From: Vicugna vicugna
Taxonomy: Eukaryota
DNA length: 64,000 nt
Direction of reading: 5' to 3'
Assembly: GCA_013265495.1 (NCBI GenBank)
Contig: MU057809.1
Coordinates: 1,231,062 to 1,295,061, forward strand
Shown: positions 49,451 to 61,100 of the stretch, piece after piece
How the letters are laid out: each line of letters opens with the position of its first letter
Position numbering within the stretch: position 1 is the first letter of the stretch
Program-made: the position numbers and the translations under genes
Notes under the pieces: model-generated
The model's database searches: none
What the model saw: only the letters and a program-made list of their open reading frames with translations
What the model was told of the DNA's origin: nothing

Positions 49451-51489
49451 TGGGGAAGATAACTCCCCACCCCATCTCTGCTTCCCGGCTGAGGTCCAGC
49501 CCTTCCGGGCCTCCCCCGCCAGGCACCACCTTCCCCTCCCTAATTTGGCCCCATTGTTCCTGGCCAAGCTGCCCACCTGGGGCCTGGCCATGGTCTGTGT
49601 CTCATGCTTTCTGCCCCAAGTCTCTTAGCACCCAGAGAATCTGCTCACTTAGGGGCACTTGGGGGCTGACACGTTTTTACTGGAGCCAGTGCCAGGCAAG
49701 GGCCTGCCAGATCTGATGCCACCCCTCTCACTGGCACAGCAGGCCAGTGGTGGCCCAAAGGACACTTGGGGTCAGTCTGGCCTCCCTCCTGTGGGGACCC
49801 TGCTGGCTCACCTCTTGGGGCTGCCCCTGCTGCTCCACACCTCTCCCTCCACGCCCCTGCAGATTAAAGCAGGCCCACCTGCCTCTGAGAGGCAGAGACT
49901 CCTTGCCCCTCCTTGGGTCTTGGTTTCTCCATCTGAGGTTCAGGTGGGATGGTGAACCTTGCCAGTGAGGTCAGCTGAGGATGGATGCAAGATTGGTCTT
50001 TGGCCCAAAAGAAGGACGTGGAGGTGGGGCTCTGGGCAGTCCAGGCCACTGAGGCACCACACTGTTGGGGGTGAGGCTGCCTAGAGCAGCTAATGGGAGC
50101 TCCCCTGGAGGGAGCGGGGAAGCCACCCCAGGCCAGGCCGTATTCCCTGGGAGGGGCGGTATACCCCCATTCTGTTTCTCCACCCATTTTATAGATGCGC
50201 AACTGAGGCTCAAGGGGAGAGAAAACTGGCCTCAGTCCAGGCAGCCAGTTGCTGGTGGGGCTGCCGTTCTTAGCCACAAGCCTGAGAGGCAGGGCCAGGA
50301 TTTGGGGGGCAGGACAGACCCCCCACAGCTTCCCTCCATCCTTTCCCAGCTCCCGCAGCCACGATCCTCAGCTCAGCATGGTCAGCAAGGGCCCCTCCCT
50401 CTGCTGTCCTCAGTGTGAGTTCATGTCTGTTTGCAGCCCTGCTAGGCGGGGACTTGCGTTCCCACTTTGCAGATGGAGACATTGAGGCCTCTGTGGGCAG
50501 TGGGCATGTTTCCCTGGTAAGTCACTGCTATGAACAGCCCTCGAGGGATCCCTCAGGAGACCCGTCAGAAGAATGTGCCTGAGAGACTCCGAAAGCCCTT
50601 GGTGGTGCTGCTCTGGGCGCTGGGGCCGAGAGAGGGCTCCTGATGGCTCTGGACTGGGCAGGCTGGGACTGTGGGAACCTCCTGGGCCTTGGGCCAGTAC
50701 CAGCCGTAAGTGAACCCGTGATGACAGCCATCTCTGAGGAAGCTCAACGAGCTTGGACAAGACCATCAGGACGGTCTTCTGTGTCCCAGGGCCGCTGGCC
50801 GGGCACCGTAGTCAAGGAGAGGCCTGTGTAGCAGGCCGGGGGCTGGGGGCCAGCTGGGCGGGGCAGGGCGGGGCAGGGCGGGGCAGGCCAGCTGACATCT
50901 GGCCTGGAGGGGGCTGTAATGATTTCTCCAGATGGGCTCTGCGTTCCGGCAGCCTCCGGCGAGGCAGGCTGTGCCAGGTTTATAAACAGACGCAGCAGCA
51001 GCCCGGATTTGAGGAAGGAAGAGCTGGGAATCCAATTAGATGAGAGAGTGGCTGGGGGATCCTAGAGCGGTCCTGAAGACGGGGCTGCCGGAGCCTCAGG
51101 GGCCCTGGGGACCCTCCCCCAGCTCCAAGCCAGGGACGGGGACGACTCAGGGTAGGGGGACACAGGACACCAGGCATGGGTTCAAGCGCCCTCTCCATAC
51201 AGAGTGGCCCTGCACGTGCTGCTCTGTGACCTGGGGGCCACGACCCCTCCCAGGGTAGGGGTGAGGCCGGGGGAGAGGAGCCAGGCCCACGCAGGCCGCC
51301 GTCACTCACTCCCAAACATTTACAGAGTGCGTGCTGCGGGGCGCCATGGGGAGCAAGATGGGACATGCATTACAGCGGGAGAGGCAGATGATAAATAGCT
51401 CAGAGAGCGCATGGAACACCCTAGGAGGTGATCTGAGCTAGGAAGAAAGCAAAATGGGACAGCAGTATTAAAAAAAAAAAAAAGTCTGC

Positions 51490-51790
51490 ATGGTCCAGTT
51501 CCACAGCCCCTGCCCGCGCTTGGACTCCGAGCGCCTGCCACTTCTGAGCTGAGACGCGAGGGTAAAAGCACGCTGGTCTCCAAGGCTTGGCGCAAGAAAA
51601 GATGCAGACTGTCTCATTAATACTCCTGATGTTGATCACACGTTAAAATGATAATATTTTGGGTATATTGGGTTAGATATATTATTAAAATGGGTTCTAC
51701 CCCTACCTACTTTCAAAGCTTTGTTTTCACATGGCCACTAGAAAGTGTAAACTTGCCCCTGTGCTTGCGCTGTTGCTGTGGGCCTGCGCT
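51490..51790. mobile_element. MER33-like DNA transposon remnant, opposite orientation to 23530-23840
   Basis: aaatgataatattttgggtatattgggttagatatatt...catggccactagaaa. Confidence 0.55.
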
Positions 51791-53264
51791 GCCGCTGGGA
51801 GGGAGCTCTCAAGGGAGGTGGCTGCTGCCTTGAGACCTCCTGTCGGGAGAGTCCCGGCTCTGGAGACCCAGGAGGAATGGCAGCACAGCCAAGGCCTGAG
51901 GTCAGAGCAGCGAGGGAGCCCGCGTGGCCAGAGTATGGGAGCGGGGAGGGCTGGGGGCAGGGGCGGCGATGTCACGGACATGGGCCGAGGCCACACCTGC
52001 AAGAGGGCCAGGCTGGGGCTGGACCACATGAGGAACCTCCAGTGACCCTCTAAATGTTCGTGGTGTCAGCATGGGGGTGAGCTGGTCTGGGTCTGCCCCC
52101 ACCCTGCTGTCCTCTCGGGGCGGGCTCTGGCCCATGCACCCAGGGAACCCCCGGCCAGTGCCCCTGCCTGGGACACCAGGAGGTCAGTGCTGGTCACTGT
52201 GTCCCCACACCACGCTCGCTGCTGCCCCGCCTGGGCCAGTTGCCACATGTCCTGCACCCGCCCAGGCTGACCCCTGCTAGCTTTGAACGCTCTGGCCAAG
52301 ACCCTTGCGAAAGGCCCAAGGGACCCGCCAGCTCCCAAAATAACCTCACACCAGTTCCAGGACATCTGTGGGGGGTGGAGTCCCAGAACCTCAAGCTGTG
52401 AGCACCACGATCCCCGTGCAGGGTAGGAATGGGGATGCGGGTGGGGGATCAGGAGCGGGAGAAAGGAACCAGGAGCGAAGATGATGGCTAGAAAAACCAT
52501 GAGGTGCCGGAGACAGGGAGAGGCAGGTGAAGAGACAGGATCAGGGAAGGGGGCAGAGGCGAAGGTCGGGTCTAGGGCACCCGTCTCAGCCTGGGCAGCC
52601 CCCAGCCCCTTGAGAAGGGTCAGGCCAGGCAGGCCTCCAGAGGAGGGGTGCTGCACCCCTGAGCTGAGGTCTGGCCAGGTGGGTGGCTGAACAGAAGGTG
52701 GGGGTTGGATGGAAGATTAGTGCCAAGGGTGGGGTCCCCACAGCACCCAGAGCCCAGGAGCCCCGTCGGAATGGCCTGGGTCCCACAGGGCCGCAGAGGT
52801 CTCAAGTATGCATATCCTAGGCCCTCTGTTTTCTCCGAGGGGAAACTGAGACTCAGAGAGTCTTGTAACTTGTCTGAGGACCACAGCACACGAGTGGCAA
52901 GCGAGGACACTTTCACTCTCTGTCCTTCACACACTTGGTCCCCACACGCCAGCTGGCAAGCAGGCTCTGACAGAACATTCTTCCCCTGCCTTGAGTCCCC
53001 TGTCCTCTGAGGGGTGTGGCCAGCACTGGTCACACCTGCTTGCTGAATTTCCCCAGCCCGAGAAGCAGCAGGGCAGGGGAGAGACATGTGGACTGGCGCC
53101 GACAAGGTGAGATGGGGGGGAGAAGGTGCTGCAGAGAGGGGCTGCCGGGGAGCCTGGCCCTCCCCACCCCAGGGCCCAGCCTGGGATTCAGGGGACTTGG
53201 GAGCTGTGGGGTAGTTTTTGAGATTAAGGGTCTTTACTGCAAGACCCCCATCCTGGTCCACATG

Positions 53265-53358
53265 ATCCATCCATCCATCCGTCTCCATCCATTCACCCAT
53301 CCACCACCCATCCACCCATCCTTCCATCCATCTATCCTTCCATCCAGCCATCCACCCA
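53265..53358 (+). repeat. (CATC)n imperfect tetranucleotide repeat
   Basis: Directly visible tandem ccat/catc units. Confidence 0.9.
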
Positions 53359-54649
53359 ACAAATGTTTACTAAATGCTCGTTGTGTGCAGGGAGCTGGGA
53401 GCCACTGCAGGTGGGGTGGACAATCCAAGTGGAAGACTAAGGCCCAGAGGAGTTTGGACCAGCCTGAGGCCACCCAGCCGTGGTGGTGGGGTGTCTGGGA
53501 AGATGCGGAGGTGGGCAGCTGTGGTCTGGTCTGGAGTCTGCACGACCAGGGTCAGGGCCACAACTGGCCCTGCAGGGTCTGGGGTGCCCCAGCCCCCATT
53601 TTCTACTGAGAACCAAGACCTTCCTTTAAATGACCCTCCACCGACAAGGTCCTGCCTGTTTTGTGATGGTGGAAATTCTGCAAAGTGTTTCGCATGATAG
53701 AATCGAAAAGAAAAAACTAATTGTTTGTCTAACTCCAGGGGTGCTGGCAGGCCTTCTCTGGGACAGGGAAGCCCAGCAAGGTTCAAGGACAAGAAGAGAG
53801 TGCCCACAAGGTGCCCAGGGGACAGCAGAACACGGGAGGCGCAGGCCGACTCCAGGCGGCGCCTACCCGGCTCGAAGATGCCTGGCCCCGAGGGAACGGC
53901 GGGGTGTTCTGGAGGAGGGCCGGGGTTGGCAGGACTCCGGGCCCAAGAGAGAGGCCAGGCACCCTCAGGGGACAGGAGAGGGCCCGGTGGAGGGTGGAGG
54001 ATGTACTGCGTGGTCGGCAGGGAGCCAGGCAGAGGGTTTCCACAGGTGGGCCGAGCTCCCCAGTGACACGTGGGAAAGAGACCCCAGCTCGAGCTGAGTG
54101 ACGGGAGGCCGAGGGAAGGAGAGGGCCAGGCCGAGTGGGCAGGGAAGAAGGGGAGGTCCTTGCCCCCCGGCCTCTCCCTGCCCCAGACAGCCTCCCAGCT
54201 CACCCTGGCCACCAAGACCACCAAGGCCACCCCCCCCCCGTCCTGTCCCCACTCTGACTTCGGCTCCCACTTCCCCAGGCTGGGACGGGACACGAGCTTC
54301 TTTCAAAAACATTTCCTTTGCAAAATAATCCTTCAAAATATGTTTTTGGAAACGGACTCCTGATCAGAACAGGAAGAAGTTAATTACAGTCCCTCCCCAG
54401 GGGGCGCGGGAGGAGGAAGCCTGGTGGTCAGAAACAGGGGTGAGGGCCAGGATGGTGGCTCTGACTCCCCACCCACGCGTGACCTCAGCCCCCCTTCCCC
54501 GCCACCCTGCTGGCCCGCAGCCCTCTCCCAACTCAGCCCATGGATGGAGAGACCGTGACCCAGAGAGGCCCAGGGTCACAGGTTCAAGGCCAAGCAGGGC
54601 AGAGTCCCCTCCTGCCCCTGCCACGTGGTGACCAAGTGAGAGCGTGGGG

Positions 54650-54940
54650 AAGTACGTGCCCACGCGCGTCCGGGAGCCGGCGCGTGCGGGCGTGGGGGAG
54701 CGCGGCCCGCCCCGTGGAGGCGGGGCTGCGGCGCTGGCCCAGGGCCCACCCTCGCCGCGCCGGCCGCCTCTCCAGGTGCTGGGCTGAGGCCGCAGGAGGA
54801 AGGGGGCGGGGGCTCCCGTTCTGTGTTCCTGCCCGTGCACCCCGAACACCCTCCAGACAAGGCCCCCGGGCTTCCCTGCGGGCCTAGACCAGGGCCCACC
54901 CCAGGCTGCCTTCTGGGCGTTTCCGCGTCGGTCTCCGTGA
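54650..54940. promoter_or_regulatory. Small CpG-dense segment (possible orphan CpG island)
   Basis: Locally dense CpG, e.g. cacgcgcgtccgggagccggcgcgtgcgggcg and ctcgccgcgccggccg. Confidence 0.5.
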
Positions 54941-55166
54941 GCTCTGATGCCCTGGGCCATGTCTCTCGGGTGCCAGGGCTCTGGTTACCTGCGAGGTTTG
55001 AGGTGTCTAGACCCTGGCCTTTGCTTGGCCATCCGTCAGGAGTCTCACCACTCGCATGTAAGTGTTCATGTGAGGAATGAGCCCTCAGGGCCATCCTTCC
55101 ACCCCCTGCCCCTCTGATCATCCATCCACCCACCTGTCCATTTATCTTACGCCCTTCTGTCCATCT

Positions 55167-55587
55167 GTATTAGCTACCTATTGCTCTCGTAATAAATTAC
55201 AGCAAACTTACTGTGTCGTGGCTAAAAACAACACAAATTTATTCTTTTACAGTCATGTGGCTGAGGAGATGGGTCTTACAGGTTAAAGCAAGGTGTGGGC
55301 AGGGCTCGTCCCCTCCAGAGGCGTCCCCGGCCCTCGGCTGGAGGCTCCGGCCGGCGTCTCAGAGCCAGCACTCTGCTCCCATCCGTACAGCTCCCCTGAC
55401 TCTCCTCGTCGTTTATAAAACCCTCGTGAGTACACTGGGTCCACCCGCGCGGTCCAGGCCAGTCTCCACATCTCAGGATTCTTCACTTATCACATCGTCA
55501 GAGCCTCTCCGGCCACGTGAGGCCACGTGGTCACAGGTTTCAGGGGTTAGCCGCGGACGTCTTTGGTGGGGCACTCTTCTGCCACAT
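55167..55587. mobile_element. MLT1-like (MaLR) LTR embedded in degenerate (CATC)n sequence
   Basis: tgtattagctacctattgct...taaaaacaacacaaatttattctt...tcacaggtttcaggggttag..ggacgtctttgg. Confidence 0.7.
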
Positions 55588-58138
55588 CATCCTTCCTTAT
55601 GTCGGAGCGTCTGCTCATCCATTTATTCATCCACCTGTGCACAATCTGTCCGTTGGTCCAACCAGTCAGCCTGGCATTTCTCGATCTGTCCTTCTGTCCA
55701 TCCTTCCATCCGCTTATCTGTCCTTTTTCTATCCTCGCCTACCATTTATCTGATCGTTCCTCCACCATCCATCAGTCCTAACTTCCACCTTTCCTTTCCA
55801 TCCTCTGTCTGTCTGTCCGTCCATCCATCCACTGACATGACCCTCTGTCCATCTGTCTGTCCAGATGGGGCAGGGAGCCAAAGGAGGAGGATCGGAGGAT
55901 CCCGGAGGATGTCGGGGGGACACAGGGTGGAGCCCCAACCCTCCCAAACTCTGCCTGGCTCAGTGTCCCTCTTGCTCACAGCTCCTTCCTGGAACCGTCC
56001 GTTGTCACCACCACACCCCACCCCAGACAAATGGCTTCCTCTGCCACACCCGCCTGCCCAGAGCCAGGGCTCTCAGAAGACAGAGGCCATAGCTGACCCT
56101 CCCAGTCTCTCGCCCAGGCCCACGGAGTGGGTGAGTGTTTGCTGAGTGGAGCTGGACCCGTTGTTATCAGCAGAGTGTGCCCCCTCCCAGTTCAGGAGCA
56201 GCCCCAGGGGCCACAAGGGGACTCACCGCCCAAACAGACTGACAGATGCAGGCATGAGTGGGTCCTCACTGGCCCCACGCCCCCGTTTCCTCTCCTGAGC
56301 TCAGTGCAGGGCCGAGCCCTGGGTTCCAGGAGAGGTTGTGGGAAAGGCCCCTTGCAGACCCTTCACTGGCCTCGGGGCGCCTTGCGGGGGAGTGTTGGTC
56401 AGCCCAGGGCTTGGGGAGAGGGCCCTGGACCAAGCCCAGGATGACTTGATGGGGAAAAAATGCCCCCGAGAGGAGCAGCGGCTTCGCCTGCCAAGCCGGC
56501 TCGGGCTTATCAGAGTCTCATCCTCCCTATCTCCCTGCTGGGACGCGGGAGGGGGCTCTGGCTCGCTGGCCCCTCCTCAGGGCCCAGACCGGAGGGCAGG
56601 ACCCCGGATGACCTCACTCTTCTTTCTCTGCGCCTCATTGCCTGTCTCTGTCTCTCACTGTCTCTGTATCTTTATCTCTGACTCCCCCATCTCCAACCAC
56701 ATCCTTCCTCTGGGGACCTCACTCTATAGCCGAGCCCCTCCCCTGGCGTCTGACGGCCCCCAACCCTGGCCTCAGGACCTCCTCACCAGGATGGCCTCCT
56801 GGTGGCCTCCAGGAGTGACTTTGGTCCAGGAGTGACCCCCTCAGACGCCTGCCCGGATGCCGAGGGGTGGCCGGCCTGGGGTCTTGGAACAGGACACGAT
56901 GTGGTGACTGAGCACGCCCTGGGGTCTGTGGCAGGTGCCCAGGAAGAAGCACTGCAGGAGTGGGCGGACGGGTGCGTGGGCAGTTGGCTGGGGTAAGGTC
57001 AGGCACCAGCACGCAGTGGTGGTCCTCTCTGCCCAAAGCCCGCCGGCCCCCTCTGCCAATTCCGTGCACCGACAGGCTGTCCACATGGCCTCCAGGGCCG
57101 CAGGCCAGAGAGGCCGCCGCCGGCCCCTGGCACGTGCCCACGGGAGGGGCAGGCAGGAACGGGTGTGCCTGCCTCGTAGGCCAGGGGCCCGAGGAGGGGG
57201 AAGGAAGGGTGGCGGGCTGTGCCGGAGGGCATCCCAGAGGTCAGCCGGGAGGCAGGGCCGGCCAGGCCAGGCCAACAGCAGCTCTAGAACTCAGTCCCTC
57301 CCGGCTGCCTCCAGCAATGCCTGGTCCCCTGGTCCCACCAGTGCCCACTCCCAGACCCACTCACCCCTGCGTCTGGGACCCAGCCAGGCCCATGCTGGTC
57401 ACGTCCCTGAGGTGCCCTGCTCCAGGGAGCTCCGCCAGCATGACAGACCCAGTGGGGGAAGGGGGCGAGCCGTGGGAGGTGCACGCAGGGCCAGGATCTG
57501 AAGCCCTACTCCGAGCCCCCTGTCTGCGTGACCCTGGGTCAGACAACGAACCCCCGTGGGCCTCAGCGTCCTGTAGCCCCTCTGCTGTCCAGACAGCCTG
57601 GTCCCTGTTACCCTCCCCACCCACCCACCGGTGCCTCGACAGCTCTGGGCCCAGACGGGAGGCTCCAGGCTCACACTGCTGAGGCTGAGCGTTCTAGCCC
57701 CTGGACCGTACACGACCTGGAGTCCCACCACTGTCACCTCAGCCCCCCACCCCATGGGAGACACTGTCTCCTGAGACCCCTCAGCAGGGCCCTAGGCCAG
57801 GAGCCCCGGGGGGCCAGAGAGGCCATGGTTGAATGAGAAAGGGGCTCTGAGTCTGAGTCCAGCCCCAGGGGAGAAGTGTGGGCCCCTCATCTTGCTCCCT
57901 GATGTGCCCACCACTGTCCCCCCAACCCACACCCCCACTGTGAGGCTGGTGGGGTCTCAGGGCTAGCGAACTGGGTGGGGCTAGGTCTCCTCTGCCCATG
58001 GGGGGCAATCTCCAGGTGAGGGCTGTGGACAGGACCAGGTCCAGAAAGGGGGAGAGGTTGGCGGGGAGGGTTGCAAGCCCCCTCCTCTGTCCCCAGGCTG
58101 CTCCTTCTCAGCCCCATTCCATCGTGCATACACACACC

Positions 58139-58141
<3 letters not shown>

Positions 58142-58182
<41 letters not shown>
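58142..58182 (+). repeat. (CA)20 microsatellite
   Basis: Perfect dinucleotide run. Confidence 0.98.
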
Positions 58183-58185
<3 letters not shown>

Positions 58186-61100
58186 TGCCCCCGGCACCAC
58201 ACCTCGCACTGAAAATGTCGGTGCCGGGCTGGGAGGGGCACGTTGTGGGTAGGCTCTCAGCCACACCTCCCTCCCCCAAGCACCAGCCCCATTCAGCCCC
58301 CAGCCCCCAGCTCTCCTGTCCCCGGCCAACAATATGCTGTGGGCCTGCCTGGACCTCAGTCTCCTCATCGGGGCAGTGGGTTGGACTCCCAAACCTCGAA
58401 GGGCAGCCCCACATCCACTGTCGGGAGAGTCTGGCTCCTGCTCCCGTGCCTCCACCCCAGTCTCATTCTCTTTGCAGCAGGAGGGGAAATGGAGGCATAG
58501 AGGGCCACTCTTGCTGCCCAGGGGCTCCTGGTCGGCAGGCTGGACTGTCCCACAGGCCAGGCCTCCTCATCCACTTGGGCTCTGCCCAGGGTGCGACTGT
58601 GTCCTGTCTGTCTGTCCATTGTTCCTAGGCCACCAGGGCCCGACCACCCCACCCCCACTGCAGAGAGGAGGAGCTGGGTGGGGAGCGGGGAGGGAGGGCC
58701 AGACCTGTTAACAAGCTTCTTCCCAGCCCCCACCCCCGCCTTAACTCCCCAGGCCCTTCCCAGGCGGAAAATTCAATTAGTTTCGAGCAACTGCTCTGCT
58801 GAAGAGCCAGAGAAAGGGGCAGGAGAGAAAGGGGATCCGCTCGGCGGCTGGGGTGTGTTGAGAGGGGGGCGCCTGAGGGAGAGGGACATGGGGGACAAAC
58901 AACTTGCTTATGTCTGTGTGTTTGTGTCTCTAAACGTGTCTTTGCTTGTGATTGTATGTCCCCAGGTCCTTCTGTGCTCAAGTCTGTTCCCTGTGCAGAC
59001 ACGGCCCTCATACCCCTCAGTACCCCAACGTGTGCGCCCCCAGCCATAACTGCACGCCCCATCCTGAGTCCACTCCAGGCTGTGGGTTCTCAGGGGTGAA
59101 AGTCTGCTTGGCAAGGTGGGGAGCAGCGCACACAGAAGGGTCAGACCCTCCCCTGCAAACTGCATCACACCCGCCTCCCACTCACAGGATGTGGTGTGCC
59201 CCCAGCGCTGGTTCCACACTGGTCTCTTGTCTTGGCTTCAGACACTCTAGCCCCATAGCCACAGGGCCTTTGCACATACAGTCCTCCCTGGCCTGGCAAA
59301 CTTCCCCTGCAAGAACCTTGCCCCCGCGTGGGTCAGTCCTTTCCACTCTCCCATCATCCCTGGGCCTCACAGCAAGCAGCCAAAAGTCTCCCTCTGCAAG
59401 TGAGTGCGGAGCAGTTCTGTCTGGATCACTCTCCATCCCAGACTGTGGAGCGTGGGGCCCAGCGCACAGCAGGTGCTCAAGAAATGTTGGCTGGGTGAAC
59501 GAGGTGCCAGGCCCACACAGAAGTTTAGGAAACAAGGAGTCCCGCAGCAGACACTTCTCTGCCTGGCAAATTCCTGTGCACCCTGCTATGGCCTGGCTTC
59601 CAGGACCCTCTCCTCTCCTCAGAGGGCTCTGAGAATCAGTAAGAACTGTAGCTTGGCCCTCAGCCCGGAGTGTCTGTACTTCCCCCTTGGACCCAGTACC
59701 CCTCGTCTCTGGCCCACAGTCTCCCTTCATGCACCCAGGTGCCCCTTCAAGGGAGGCCTCCACACCAGCAGAGCACAGGATGCTTGCAGGGGTGCCCATC
59801 TGACCCATCATGGCACCCCAGTCCAGCTGCCGAGCTGACTTTCTTCCTCTTGCCCCGCCCCTGCTCCCCTCCCTGATTCCAGGGCCTCCCTGAGCCCTGA
59901 GCGGGGAGTGGAGAGGTGCCTGCCTGAGCTGGGCGCACAGTGGGTGTGCAGAACACGGAGCTGTGGGGGGACAAGGGTGGAGATGCCCAGGGGAACAAGG
60001 GGCGGGAAGGGCACTGCCTCTCTGAGCGCTTCTTTATGGGGCCCCCAGACACTGCCTGGGGGGGGCGCTGCCGCAGGTCTGGGGTGGGGGCGGGAAGCCC
60101 CTGGGCTGCTGGGGAAGGAGGGAGGTTTGGGAAGGCAGATGTGAGGAGGGGCCCATGCAGAGGAATGTGGGCTGGCCCTCCTCTTCCCTGAGGAAGGACA
60201 GGGGCAGATGGCAGCTGAGGGGCTGAGAACCAAGGGGGAGGCCCAGCCAGCCTGGCCCGAGGCTCTGATGGGCACCCGGGGCCCCTCCTCGGGATCTCTG
60301 GAGGACGCAGCCTTCTCAGGTTCCCAGCTCCCCACCCTTTGCCAGCTGTGTGCAGCTGAGGCCTTGCCCTGAGGAAACCCAACACTGGTTGGGGGGGACC
60401 CAGGTCCACGACCACTGCAAGGGCTTCCCCCACCAGAGCCGTGGGCCGTTTGTGTGGGGGTCATCTGTAAGAGGGGTGCCGTGCGAGCCCGAGCCCGGAG
60501 GGCGGGGCTGAGGCTGGGTCCCCATGGGGAGCCAGGACCTGAGCCTTGGTTTCCCAGTGAGCACCCCTCCAGCTCCCTTCTCCCGAGGGAGCCTCACCAC
60601 GTCCCTGAGGGGACTGCGTGGAGCCCTACACAGAGCCCACCTTCTCCCCAGCCCCGCCCTCAGGCTCCCCTACCTTCCAGTGCCCATGCCCGCCACACCC
60701 CACTTTGCAGGCAGGGAGACTGAGGCCCCACCCAGAGTGCCATTTGCCCCAAGCCGCCCTGCTCAGCACCCTGGGTCCCACCCAAGGCCCTGAGGGAGGA
60801 GGCTGGTGAGGAGGGCGCTGCCAGACGGCTGTAATCCCCCATCGGCAGGGGCTTAGACACCTGCCCGGCCCCCTCCGCCCTCCCCGCGGCCGACCCCGGC
60901 ATTTCTGCACATCACCACTTGCAAGGAGGGGCTTTCCCCACTCAGCAGCGTCTGGGCCTCCTGCTCTGGGGAGAAGGTGCCACGTCCCCACCCCACCCGT
61001 CCCTGCCAGATACCCTCATCCCAAGTGCAGTCCCACTTCACAAACAGCTCTCACTGCTGCCGGTGTCCTGGAAAGAGGCTGGGCGCCCTGACACGCTTGG

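Noticed and set aside
55213..56145. 310-aa ORF
   Set aside because: Runs through an MLT1 LTR and degenerate (CATC)n sequence.
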